In this document: piece after piece, positions 1 to 9,303 of the stretch
How positions within the stretch are numbered: position 1 is the stretch's first letter
Layout: each line of letters starts with the position of its first letter
Source of the DNA: Candidatus Latescibacterota bacterium
GTDB taxonomy: Bacteria > Latescibacterota > UBA2968
Reading direction: 5' to 3'
DNA: 64,000 bases
NCBI GenBank assembly: GCA_965204375.1
Contig: OZ241986.1
Location: 1,152,001 to 1,216,000 of the forward strand
Notes under the pieces: model-generated
What the model was told of the DNA's origin: nothing
The model's database searches: none
What the model saw: only the letters and a program-made list of their open reading frames with translations
Translations under genes and position numbers: made by a program

Positions 1-1014
1 GATATAGCTAATAGAGCGTATAACAATGGGATATTATTTGTCAATTCTACGGGAAATGAAGCTCAGAGTACGATTCATGGGTATTTTACGGACTCTGATG
101 GGGATGGTTTTCATGACTTCGGAGATTTTAGTGTTGTCAATTTAGAAAATGTAAATTCCGACGACGATATATCTGTATATCTCTTGTGGGATGATTTTCC
201 TTTCACATCAGAAGATTACGACCTTCTTTTGTATCGCTCTACTGGACTATCAACAACGGCAAGTTATGTTACGTCTGATAGGACTGCTGAACGAAATAGT
301 CGCCCCGTAGCGTCTATTGAGTATTCAAATTATCTTTCATCGGCAAGGTATCATGTAGCCATCAAAAAATCTACTACTGCAAGGTCTATGAATTTTAGAT
401 TGATTAGCAACAATCACAGGTTTCACTCAAAGTATGTTACGTCAAGCAGGAGCATTTCTGAACCGTCAGATGCCGAGGGTGTAGTCGCGGTAGGGGCTGT
501 CAGGTCGAGTCGATATATCTATGGGCCTCAAGAAGATTACAGTTCTCAAGGACCTACAATGGATGGCAGAATAAAGCCTGATATTATGGGTCCGACAGGC
601 GTAAAAACGTATGCTTACGGCTCACAAGATTTTCATGGCACATCCGCTGCTGCCCCGCATGTTGCTGGCGCAGCAGCATTGATACTCTCGGCTAATCCTG
701 AATTAAGTGCTTCAGAACTTCGCAACAAATTATTTGAGGCTACGATTGACATGGGAAGTCCGGGGAAGGATAATATTTATGGTCATGGCCGATTGGATTT
801 GTCACAGATAGATATAACGCCTTCTATCTTTCATGCAGGAGATTTTGACGGTGATTTGGATGTAGATATTTTAGATTTGTTGGCTTTTTCAGAGGTCTAT
901 GGGCTTACGTCGTCAGACCCGAATTACGATGCCCGTATGGATATGGATAACGATGGTGTCATTGGTGTGTTAGACCTTCTGCTGTTTGCGGAAGTTTATG
1001 GGAAAACGTACTAA
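1..1014 (+). CDS. S8 subtilisin-family serine protease with C-terminal dockerin/EF-hand-like duplicated domain (5' truncated)
   Basis: Frame 1 is open from base 1 (…ILFVNSTGNE, oxyanion-Asn region). Contains KPDIMGP and the catalytic-Ser motif GTSAAAPHVAG. C-terminus carries twin motifs GDFDGDLDVDILDLL and DMDNDGVIGVLDLL. Confidence 0.9.
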   Translation, partial: DIANRAYNNGILFVNSTGNEAQSTIHGYFTDSDGDGFHDFGDFSVVNLENVNSDDDISVYLLWDDFPFTSEDYDLLLYRSTGLSTTASYVTSDRTAERNSRPVASIEYSNYLSSARYHVAIKKSTTARSMNFRLISNNHRFHSKYVTSSRSISEPSDAEGVVAVGAVRSSRYIYGPQEDYSSQGPTMDGRIKPDIMGPTGVKTYAYGSQDFHGTSAAAPHVAGAAALILSANPELSASELRNKLFEATIDMGSPGKDNIYGHGRLDLSQIDITPSIFHAGDFDGDLDVDILDLLAFSEVYGLTSSDPNYDARMDMDNDGVIGVLDLLLFAEVYGKTY

Positions 1015-1036
1015 GGATCGCCCGATGTTCACCAAT

Positions 1037-1078
1037 CACAACCCCCTGTCTGATCATTTTGGACAGGGGGTTGTGTTT
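1037..1078 (+). terminator. Intrinsic terminator-like hairpin between convergent genes
   Basis: Perfect 14-bp stem CACAACCCCCTGTC / GACAGGGGGTTGTG followed by TTT, 22 nt after the protease stop. Confidence 0.75.
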
Positions 1079-1096
1079 GCCTGTCTGCTGACAGGC
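1079..1096. repeat. Short palindromic REP-like element
   Basis: GCCTGTC-TGCT-GACAGGC perfect hairpin. Confidence 0.4.
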
Positions 1097-1159
1097 AGCA
1101 GGCGGGCGTGATGGCGCGATCACAGATCGTCCGTTTCAATTTATCTTATTAGCTCGCCT

Positions 1160-1345
1160 CTATTTTTTGCCATTTTCCTCTTTCAATACAGCACGAATGG
1201 CTTTCATGTCAATATCTGGATACGCCTCTTGAATGGCGGCAAAAATTTCTCTATGTCCCTCTTCTCTGCCTTCCACTCTGCCTTCTTCTCTGGCTTGTTT
1301 CATGATGTATTGTGCAAAAGATGATTCGCGCATTATAGCATCCAT
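1160..1345 (-). CDS. Putative internal RpnS small protein (in-frame C-terminal isoform, 61 aa)
   Basis: CAGGAGGGTCTC-ATG: strong Shine-Dalgarno directly before the in-frame Met of MDAIMRESS. Confidence 0.6.
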   Translation of the reverse strand: MDAIMRESSFAQYIMKQAREEGRVEGREEGHREIFAAIQEAYPDIDMKAIRAVLKEENGKK

Positions 1346-1978
1346 GAGACCCTCCTGAGTGATTATTCTATTGATGATGTCTGATTCATACCTCAACCCA
1401 CTCAATATCGTCAACCCACCCAAAATGTCAACTTTTATTGATTCTTCCAATGGCAAGGCTTTGGTCGCATCAATACACTCCTGTAACCACGCCTCTGAAT
1501 CTATCCCTTCAGGTTTCTTCATCAAAGGGGCAAACGGAAACAAGCCTGTATGTCTCTCATCGAGAATGTGCTGGCCTTCGATCTCGATGAGCCGAATCAC
1601 GCTGTATTGGGCGACAAGACGATGACCGGGCAGGTTTTGGATATAGTGTCCCGGATCGTTCTTCCCCGCATTGGGACGCAAGTAGATCACGCTGGAATAG
1701 ATCGGCAAGTGATGCGTCTCAATGGCTCTGATGATATAGCCAGCCATTCGGATGGGCATTGTCGGATCGGTGGTGGTTTGAAATTCGTGATGTACCAATG
1801 CCTCTTCGCCTGCAATCTGAACTTTGATGAGGCTGTCCAGGTGGTGTGTTTGTGTTGTTGGTTGTTCTGTGTCGAGGGTGTCGAGAAATTGGACGTCGTC
1901 TCGTTGCAGAGAAAGTTGAATGAAGTCTTGAGGGTAGGTTTGGATGAAGTGTTTTGAGATGGTGTCGTATTGGGGCAT
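1160..1978 (-). CDS. Rpn family recombination-promoting nuclease / putative transposase (PD-(D/E)XK)
   Basis: N-terminal YDTISK; LD…HEFQ core; MPIRMAGY; VIYL; C-terminal EGR repeats (EEGRVEGREEG). Confidence 0.85.
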   Translation of the reverse strand: MPQYDTISKHFIQTYPQDFIQLSLQRDDVQFLDTLDTEQPTTQTHHLDSLIKVQIAGEEALVHHEFQTTTDPTMPIRMAGYIIRAIETHHLPIYSSVIYLRPNAGKNDPGHYIQNLPGHRLVAQYSVIRLIEIEGQHILDERHTGLFPFAPLMKKPEGIDSEAWLQECIDATKALPLEESIKVDILGGLTILSGLRYESDIINRIITQEGLMDAIMRESSFAQYIMKQAREEGRVEGREEGHREIFAAIQEAYPDIDMKAIRAVLKEENGKK

Positions 1979-2030
1979 GTGCTTGCCTTTGGTCTGTGTG
2001 TTTCTTTGATGATATAACACTCAGATCTTA

Positions 2031-2047
2031 TGCAAACCTTATGCCAA
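2031..2047 (-). promoter_or_regulatory. Sigma54 (-24/-12) promoter candidate upstream of rpn
   Basis: Minus strand reads TTGGCATAAGGTTTGCA, i.e. GG-N10-GC with TGGCA and TTGCA boxes. Confidence 0.55.
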
Positions 2048-2400
2048 TGGCCTGGAATTGGGCGATGAATGGCAGGATAAGACGCGCTAATCTCCTTATT
2101 TTTTTCCCAGTTATTAATCACTCAAATTTAAGAATTATCTGTTGAATCGGATCAGCCTCAGTGCAAATGTGAGGCAAAAAAGTGTACATTTTGAGCAATG
2201 AGTGAGTAGAGAAGTGAAAGATATGTGTTCGAATGTAGAACGAAAAATGCCAGCCTTTATTGATTCATATTGTGCCGATATAGCGCAATGGCCTGTTATT
2301 TTTTTTTATGACAATCGGGGTTATTTTTATTTGTTTATCATTATATACTCCACTGTTTGGACCAGGCCTCTTGTATCTCATATCTGCATTTTGACTCGCT

Positions 2401-5400
2401 ATGCCAGAATTTGATCCCATCACATTAAACGCACGCCAGCGCGAAGCCGTTACCGCGCCGATAGGTCCCGTCCTCGTACTGGCGGGACCGGGTACGGGGA
2501 AGACGCGGGTGCTGACCGAACGCATTGCGTATCTGGTATCGCGGCGCGGCATTCTTCCGGAAAATATCCTCGCACTTACATTTACAAATAAGGCGGCGGC
2601 AGAATTGCAAATCCGCTTGTCGCGCACGTTGAGTAAAGAATCGGCGGAGGCTGTTACCGCAGGTACATTTCACAGGTTTTGTATCTCAATTTTGCGCGAG
2701 CATCGAGAAACGGTTGGGTTGCCGCCGCATTTTGGCATTGCCGATGAAGACCTTCAGCGCACGTTGATCTATCGCGCATTTCCACGCCTGAATCCCAATG
2801 AAAGCAATTTGAATAATGTGATGCAAAATGTGAATCGCCTGAAGTGGCAACGGCGATACAAACCGCATGTCCCGATGAAAAAAGGGGATGCGGCATTGCT
2901 CGATCAGTACGAAGCCGAACTAAAGAAAAACCGATTGATCGATTTTGACGATCTCATCTTTCTCGCGCATGATTTGCTTCATTCGCATCGCCAGATTCTG
3001 GCGGATTATCGCGCGCAATTTCAACATATTCTCGTCGATGAGTTTCAAGATACCGATCCGGTTCAATACGCCCTCGTTTATTTATTGGGCGCGGCTCATC
3101 GGAGTGTTTTTGTGGTTGCAGATGACGAGCAGTCCATTTACGGATGGCGACATGCCAGGCCAGAACATATCGAACAATTTCGGGATGACTTTCTCAAAGG
3201 TCGTTCGCCCATTTTTTTGGAGGAAAATTACCGATCATCTGCAGAAATTTTGCGGCTGGCGCGCGTGTTTATCGCCAATAATGACGTATTGTTTGAACGC
3301 AGCATCCATACCCAGAGATCGGGACGCCGCGTGCGGGGGATGGCTTTTGATACGTTTGAGGAAGAAGGCCGGTTTATTGCGGGTGATATCTGGGATCGCA
3401 TCCGGGAAACGCCCGATTTGGTTCACCGGGATATTGCGGTGCTTTATCCCCAACACGCAATAGGCAGCGAGCTCGAGCGCATTTTTATGCGCGCCAATGT
3501 TCCCTGCCTGATGGCTCATCGCAGGGGCTTGTTCGACCAGCCCGTGATCCGTCGTGCCCTGTCCGTGTTGCGCTATGCCCTTGATGGCGCGAATGACGCG
3601 AGTCTCGAGTTGTTTTTGCGGCGCGAACTCGAAGCGGTGGATCCCAAATTATACCCGGCGGTGCGGGGATTTCAGAAACAAAAAAATATTGGGAGTTTCA
3701 AACAGGCGGCTTTTCTGTATCCGCGAACGGTTTCGGAAGAAGAGGGCGTGGATGTGGAACGCGCACTGGGTCTGGCAGGTGTGGTACACAATGCCGTGCA
3801 AAGAGGCGCGGTCGCATCTTTGCCCCATCTGGTGGATGATATTCTGGATCAATTGAATACATCGGAGTTGCCATCTCTCAAAAACCATCTCGATGACATT
3901 GTAGATCCTCTCGAACTTTCGGATCTCGATACCGCTCTGAATCGCGTGCTGCCGCTCTGGCGCAGGGGCGGCACCTTGTATGTGGCGTGTCGAGACGAGG
4001 TGCTGCGGCACATGCTCACAACTCTGGTCCGAGATGCACTGGCGCGGCCGGGTCTCATCATACGAGAGGCTGTGTCCGGTAGCCGATTGGATGTTTTATC
4101 CGATACTCTAATTTTGTCATTTGACGAAGACCCGCCGAAGACCCCCGAACACTTTTTACATTTGGGAGGCATGGCGTGTGGTGCGATGCTCGCTGCGCTC
4201 AAATTGTGTCAGGCAATCCGCTGTGCTGATTTGCCGGCGTATATGCCGGAATACACTGCATTTGCGCTGGAAACCACGGGTTGCGATTCCGAGCATGCAC
4301 AAATTACGGGTCTGGGTGCTGTACGCGTGCGAGACGGGCGCGTTGTCGATACATTTTATTCGCCCGTGCGCCTGCGAGAGGACAAAGGCACGGCGCCTAC
4401 ATTTCAGGAAATTTATCTCGCGTTTCAGGCATTTGTCGGTATTGATATTCTGGTCGCACACAATGGCTATGCTTTTGATTTTCAGGTTTTGCACCGCGAA
4501 GCCCGCCGCAATGGCAGATCTCGCATGCCCAATCCGACGGTTGATATATTGCCTATGGCGCGAAGCTATGGCGCGACTGCTACACGCGATTTGCGCCCTC
4601 TTTGCGAGCGGTATGATATTGCGTCAGATCCAAACGATCCACCGGCACTCGCGAGGGCATTGGCTTTGTATCGCGTGTTTGAAGCTATGAAGAAAGAACG
4701 CGCTTCTCGCTACCGGCGCATAACGCATGAACGCCTTTTGGATCAAGTTGCTCTGGGTTTGCTTTTTCGCACGCGCGATGGCGTAAGGGATACGGATTTT
4801 TCCCGCGAAGAACACGTGCATTTCAACCTGGGGGCGCAGCGTCTTTTGGGGCCGGCCAATTTGTGCATTCGCAATCTCGTGCAGCAATTCCCCCGATTGG
4901 ATGCCGACCGGCTGCGGGGACAGACACGGATGTTGCTCGGCGAAGATCCCCGTCCCGATGTGCTCGCGTTGCACGCTCCCGATCAGATTCAACGCTTTCG
5001 AGACCTTTGCGAACGCCACGGTGCTGCCGCGCCATCTCTTCAGGAGGGTATTCGCAATTTGCTCGATTTTGCCGATCTTTACAAAGTCGAATTGGATACC
5101 CCAGACCGCGATGCTGTGCATTTGCTGACGTTGCACGCGGCAAAGGGGCTTGAGTTTCGAGAGGTTTATATTTGCGGTCTCGAAGATCGCATTTTGCCCA
5201 ATGTCCGCGCCCTCAACAGCGCGGATTTAGCCGAACAGCGCAGGTTGTTGTACGTGGGGATCACCCGCGCAATGGATCGCCTCACGCTTTCCTGTGTGCG
5301 GCATCGTCCGGGCCGAAATATGGTGCCTTCTCGATTCTGGGATGAACTCGGATTAGAACGCGAAGGGGCGGAACGGGGTACAACTGCGCCAGCAGTTCAT

Positions 5401-5418
5401 CAACGAATAGACGAATAG
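2401..5418 (+). CDS. UvrD/PcrA-family SF1 DNA helicase with inserted DnaQ/DEDDh-like exonuclease domain
   Basis: Walker A AGPGTGKT, TFTNKAA, DEFQD, LEENYRS, TLHAAKGLEF, EQRRLLYVGITRA. The insert carries FALETTG and VAHNGYAFD. Confidence 0.9.
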   Translation: MPEFDPITLNARQREAVTAPIGPVLVLAGPGTGKTRVLTERIAYLVSRRGILPENILALTFTNKAAAELQIRLSRTLSKESAEAVTAGTFHRFCISILREHRETVGLPPHFGIADEDLQRTLIYRAFPRLNPNESNLNNVMQNVNRLKWQRRYKPHVPMKKGDAALLDQYEAELKKNRLIDFDDLIFLAHDLLHSHRQILADYRAQFQHILVDEFQDTDPVQYALVYLLGAAHRSVFVVADDEQSIYGWRHARPEHIEQFRDDFLKGRSPIFLEENYRSSAEILRLARVFIANNDVLFERSIHTQRSGRRVRGMAFDTFEEEGRFIAGDIWDRIRETPDLVHRDIAVLYPQHAIGSELERIFMRANVPCLMAHRRGLFDQPVIRRALSVLRYALDGANDASLELFLRRELEAVDPKLYPAVRGFQKQKNIGSFKQAAFLYPRTVSEEEGVDVERALGLAGVVHNAVQRGAVASLPHLVDDILDQLNTSELPSLKNHLDDIVDPLELSDLDTALNRVLPLWRRGGTLYVACRDEVLRHMLTTLVRDALARPGLIIREAVSGSRLDVLSDTLILSFDEDPPKTPEHFLHLGGMACGAMLAALKLCQAIRCADLPAYMPEYTAFALETTGCDSEHAQITGLGAVRVRDGRVVDTFYSPVRLREDKGTAPTFQEIYLAFQAFVGIDILVAHNGYAFDFQVLHREARRNGRSRMPNPTVDILPMARSYGATATRDLRPLCERYDIASDPNDPPALARALALYRVFEAMKKERASRYRRITHERLLDQVALGLLFRTRDGVRDTDFSREEHVHFNLGAQRLLGPANLCIRNLVQQFPRLDADRLRGQTRMLLGEDPRPDVLALHAPDQIQRFRDLCERHGAAAPSLQEGIRNLLDFADLYKVELDTPDRDAVHLLTLHAAKGLEFREVYICGLEDRILPNVRALNSADLAEQRRLLYVGITRAMDRLTLSCVRHRPGRNMVPSRFWDELGLEREGAERGTTAPAVHQRIDE

Positions 5419-5420
5419 AT

Positions 5421-5458
5421 GGAGCGGGGATAGTCGCTGCGGGGATGCCGCTCCTACA
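5421..5458 (-). repeat. GTAG-family REP-like palindrome
   Basis: Minus strand TGTAGGAGCGGCATCCCCGCAGCGACTATCCCCGCTCC, with a GGAGCGG…CCGCTCC stem. Confidence 0.55.
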
Positions 5459-5497
5459 GTTGTGTTGTAAGAGGGAAATCCTTTTCCCGATTGGCTT

Positions 5498-6268
5498 ATG
5501 AAAAAAGACAAAGTTTATTTTATTTCTGACGCGCATATAGGTGGGGGCAAATATATCCGTCCACCGCGCGTTCGGGAAGATGCGCTGATCGATTTTCTAC
5601 GCGCCATTCGCAAAGATGCCAAATGTCTGTATATTGTGGGGGATTTGTTCGATTTTTGGTTTGAATATCGTTCTGTCGTTCCCGCACATGGCGCGCGCGT
5701 GATCTTTGAACTCTACCATCTCGTTCAAAGTGGAACGCGCGTCGTTTATCTGCCGGGTAACCACGATAGCTGGCTGGGGGACTATTTATCAGAGCAGGTG
5801 GGGGCGGAGCTTCCCGGGCCTTTTTGCGACGTCGTACATCAGAACCGCCGTCTGTATGTGACACACGGCGATATTTTTCAGCAAAATTGGAAATTTGAAC
5901 TGCGGCGGCGCATTTTGAATCATCCACTCTGCATCGCCCTGTTTCGGTGGTTACATCCAGATATCGGCGCTTATCTGGCGCGTATTGTGTCGCGGTCTTC
6001 GGATGCTGGTATGAAAAAAGGGACGCGAAAGACAAAGAGAACATATCTGCCTTTGTATTTTATTAAAAGTGCGGCAGAGAAATTTGCCGAGGGATTTGAT
6101 TTTGTGATTTGTGGACACTATCACGCGCTGAGTGTTGAGCCGATGAATGGCGGGACACTTGTTGTATTGGGCGATTGGATGAGATACGACGCTTATGCCG
6201 TGCTCGAAAATGGCGAGATTGCATTGAAGCACTGGCATACAGCACCGGAAAAACCGATCGCGGATTAA
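5498..6268 (+). CDS. lpxH: UDP-2,3-diacylglucosamine diphosphatase (LpxH-like metallophosphoesterase)
   Basis: ISDAH, GDLFDFWFEY, GNHD, HGD and CGHYH motifs; LGDW near the C-terminus. Confidence 0.8.
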   Translation: MKKDKVYFISDAHIGGGKYIRPPRVREDALIDFLRAIRKDAKCLYIVGDLFDFWFEYRSVVPAHGARVIFELYHLVQSGTRVVYLPGNHDSWLGDYLSEQVGAELPGPFCDVVHQNRRLYVTHGDIFQQNWKFELRRRILNHPLCIALFRWLHPDIGAYLARIVSRSSDAGMKKGTRKTKRTYLPLYFIKSAAEKFAEGFDFVICGHYHALSVEPMNGGTLVVLGDWMRYDAYAVLENGEIALKHWHTAPEKPIAD

Positions 6269-6340
6269 ACGGATTTAAGGATTGCACGGATGAAAGGCGG
6301 ATCAGGATTTGCAGGATGAAAGGATGAGCAGGATGAAAGG
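6256..6340 (+). repeat. GGAT-core ~9-nt short tandem repeat array at a gene end
   Basis: gatcgcggattaaacggatttaaggattgcacggat…caggatttgcaggatgaaaggatgagcaggat; first 19 nt identical to 40257-40275. Confidence 0.7.
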
Positions 6341-6407
6341 CAAGAGGCGAGGGACTGGGGGCTGGTTGGGTGGACTGGTCGCTGACCGCTGATACAGGAG
6401 ATTGCAA

Positions 6408-7886
6408 ATGATTTTGAGTATTGATCAGGGTACAACGGGGACAACTGCGTTGGTGTTGGATTCTCAGGGTGAAATTTTGGGGCGGGGATATTCGGAGTTT
6501 CGACAAATTTTTCCGCGTCCCGGGTGGGTATCGCACGACGCAACAGAAATATGGGATACGACACTGAAAGTTATTGGCATCGCAATCGCAGAGGCGGGGA
6601 TAGATGCCTCAGACTTAAAAGGCATTGGCATTGCCAATCAGCGCGAGACGACCGTCTTATGGGATTGGAGAACAGGTGAACCCGTACACGACGCGATTGT
6701 CTGGCAGTGCCGACGCACGGCGGATTTGTGTGCCCAATATCGCGCAGATGGTCTCGAAGACATGGTGCGTGAAAAGACGGGATTGGTTATTGATGCTTAT
6801 TTTTCTGCGAGTAAGATTGTGTGGTTACTCGACCGCGTCTATGGTCTGCGTGCGCGTGCGGAGCGGGGCGAGGTGTGTTTTGGCACTATGGATAGTTTTT
6901 TATTGTACAAACTCACGGGGGGGGCTGTTCACGCGACTGATTATACCAATGCGTCGCGCACGATGATTTACAATATCCACGGGAGGGCGTGGGATAGCGG
7001 ATTATTGGAAGTTTTTGACATTCCCGTGGGCATACTCCCCGAAGTGCGATCATCGGCTGGGGAATTTGGGGTTACTGCGGATTTGGACATCTTGCCTGCG
7101 GGTATTCCCATTGGAGGAATTGCGGGCGATCAGCAAGCCGCGCTTTTTGGGCAACGCGGCGTTTTCAAAGGTGATATTAAAAATACGTATGGCACGGGGT
7201 GTTTTACACTTTTTCAAACGGGTGATCGGGCTGTACAATCCGCGCATGGTCTGTTGACGACGCTTGCGTGTGGACCTTCTGGGCGCGTATCCCACGCGCT
7301 TGAGGGCGCGGTGTTCAGCGCGGGCGCAACTGTTCAATGGTTGCGCGATGGTTTGGGGATTGTTGATACAGTTGCTGAGACTGAGGCCTGGTCCCAGGCG
7401 ATTGACGATACGGGAGGTGTGTATTTTGTTCCCGCATTTACCGGTCTGGGTGCGCCGCATTGGGATGCGGATGCGAGGGGCGCGATTGTAGGGCTTACAC
7501 GCGGTACGGGGCGCGCCCATCTAGCACGCGCAGCCCTGGAGTCCATTGCCTATCAATCCGCCGATCTCGTCCATGCGATGGTCGCCGATTCCGGACAATC
7601 TGTGGCGAGTTTGCATGTGGATGGAGGGGCTGTGGTGAATGATTTTTTGATGCAGTTTCAAGCGGATATTCTGGATGTACCGGTGATTCGTCCAAAGTAC
7701 GTGGAGACGACTGCATTGGGGGCGGGGATGCTGGCGGGATTGGCGGTAGGCGTGTGGGATGATGCTGCCGCGCTTGCCGATATTAACCCACCGCAACGCA
7801 CCTTTGAGCCTGCGATGTCACAGGATCGCCGCGAGGCATTGCTGGCGGGCTGGCACAAAGCAGTAGAGCGAATCCTGTCGGCGTAA
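6408..7886 (+). CDS. glpK: Glycerol kinase
   Basis: IDQGTTG, NQRETT, AIVWQCRRT, DAYFSASK, TNASRT, GDQQAALFG, KNTYGTG; RBS CAGGAG. Confidence 0.95.
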   Translation: MILSIDQGTTGTTALVLDSQGEILGRGYSEFRQIFPRPGWVSHDATEIWDTTLKVIGIAIAEAGIDASDLKGIGIANQRETTVLWDWRTGEPVHDAIVWQCRRTADLCAQYRADGLEDMVREKTGLVIDAYFSASKIVWLLDRVYGLRARAERGEVCFGTMDSFLLYKLTGGAVHATDYTNASRTMIYNIHGRAWDSGLLEVFDIPVGILPEVRSSAGEFGVTADLDILPAGIPIGGIAGDQQAALFGQRGVFKGDIKNTYGTGCFTLFQTGDRAVQSAHGLLTTLACGPSGRVSHALEGAVFSAGATVQWLRDGLGIVDTVAETEAWSQAIDDTGGVYFVPAFTGLGAPHWDADARGAIVGLTRGTGRAHLARAALESIAYQSADLVHAMVADSGQSVASLHVDGGAVVNDFLMQFQADILDVPVIRPKYVETTALGAGMLAGLAVGVWDDAAALADINPPQRTFEPAMSQDRREALLAGWHKAVERILSA

Positions 7887-7899
7887 CCTATAGGCATTC

Positions 7900-9066
7900 T
7901 CACTGTATTTGTTCCAAATAGGCAAGATGGGTTTGGGCGGCTTTTTTTTGAGGATCAATGGCGAGCATATCGCGGTAGTGCTGACAAGCTACCGCGATAT
8001 CGTTTTTTTGTTCGGCAATGATGGCCAATCCGTGTAGAACGCGGGTATTTTCCGAACTCTGTTCTCGGATGTGCAGCAGCAGTATTTCAACATCATCAAT
8101 ATAGTCGGGATAATGCAGCGATTCCTTATTTTCTTGAGACAATACCAGGAGATTTAACAACGGATTCACACTGCCAGCAACGCCGCCACCTCGACGCGGT
8201 TTGAGATCAATTTTATCCCCAATTTCGGGAAGGCCGAGAATAATGGCTTCAATCAGGGATTCTGTCGCTTCATCTAACCGATCCAGTTCAATTAAAACAT
8301 TGCCTCGGTTATAGTGCACAGCGGGATTATCGGGTACCAGTTCAGATAAGATGTCGTAAATCCTCAGTTCCTGTTCAGAATTTTCTGTCTCGGCCAAATG
8401 TTCAGCCCGATCATAGAGTTGCTCAATTTTAGTATGATTTCTATCCGCGATTTCTTGCGCTTGTTTCTCATATTCTGGATGCACCAGCAAGACGAGTTGC
8501 CCTTTTTGATCTCGTGAAAACAGGGGTGTTTTGACTGTGTGCAGAATGTCGCCCAATTCCGAAATAATTTTGTTCAAAAACGCAGGGGATCGCGATTGAA
8601 AAATGGGTTTCCAGGTATTGAGATCATGCGATACATCAACGGTCCACAATTCGAGAGATAAAAAACTCCTGAGCGTTGACTTCAACTGTTCTGTGGTTTC
8701 AAAAAAAAACGATGTTGTGTAACCATCTTCTACATAGTGGTGAACGAGCCATCGACTGACTTCGCGCTGAATAACCCAGGCGTCCTCCATGCAATTGGTG
8801 ATTGTGAGAATTGACCAGAGCGGAATATCGGAATGTACTTTTGCAAGCGCCTGATCAATGGTACACGATTCACCTTCCTCATCATTCTGAGCCAGATGGA
8901 CATTGTCGAGAAAGTTTTCTATGGATAATGCGCGTTTTTCTCGTTCGCTTTCTGCGATCACGAGAAAAGGCTCCTGGAAATTTTCCCGGTCAACCGTCAG
9001 TGTACGCACAAGTTCCCGATCGCTCATCGCTGCGCACTGTTGTATAACTCGATCACTCATGTTCAT
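7900..9066 (-). CDS. TPR-containing hypothetical protein
   Basis: 388 aa ORF with TPR-like segments (PDNPAVHYNRGNVLIELDRLDEA; VLHGLAIIAE). Confidence 0.7.
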   Translation of the reverse strand: MNMSDRVIQQCAAMSDRELVRTLTVDRENFQEPFLVIAESEREKRALSIENFLDNVHLAQNDEEGESCTIDQALAKVHSDIPLWSILTITNCMEDAWVIQREVSRWLVHHYVEDGYTTSFFFETTEQLKSTLRSFLSLELWTVDVSHDLNTWKPIFQSRSPAFLNKIISELGDILHTVKTPLFSRDQKGQLVLLVHPEYEKQAQEIADRNHTKIEQLYDRAEHLAETENSEQELRIYDILSELVPDNPAVHYNRGNVLIELDRLDEATESLIEAIILGLPEIGDKIDLKPRRGGGVAGSVNPLLNLLVLSQENKESLHYPDYIDDVEILLLHIREQSSENTRVLHGLAIIAEQKNDIAVACQHYRDMLAIDPQKKAAQTHLAYLEQIQ

Positions 9067-9070
9067 AAAC

Positions 9071-9289
9071 TCAACGGTGATATTCGCGCAAAGACAAACG
9101 CTTTCGCGGTCGTTGGATGTCTATGGGGTCTTCTGGCACACTAACGTCATTGCGCATCTTGCGACCGAGCTTGCGAATCAGATGAACACCCCACCATATT
9201 AGTGCCCCGATCACAGCCATTACCATCCCAATGCTGCGACCACTGGCACTTTCAAGGCTCTTGAGCAAACTGTTAATCAGATCTTCCAC
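9071..9289 (-). CDS. Small single-TM hypothetical protein
   Basis: 72 aa, hydrophobic IGMVMAVIGALIWWGV segment; packed between purC and the TPR gene. Confidence 0.55.
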   Translation of the reverse strand: MEDLINSLLKSLESASGRSIGMVMAVIGALIWWGVHLIRKLGRKMRNDVSVPEDPIDIQRPRKRLSLREYHR

Positions 9290-9303
9290 CGTTAATCGCT
9301 TTT

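Noticed and set aside
1160-1978. rpn as an IS element
   Set aside because: No terminal inverted repeats or target-site duplication found.
2154-2181. Hairpin GCCTCA…TGAGGC with A-tract as terminator or riboswitch
   Set aside because: No U-tract 3' of the stem on either strand and no recognisable aptamer.
6256-6340. Possible CRISPR array (also 21927, 40256, 59857)
   Set aside because: Units are 8-9 nt with no unique spacers, and no cas genes are present.
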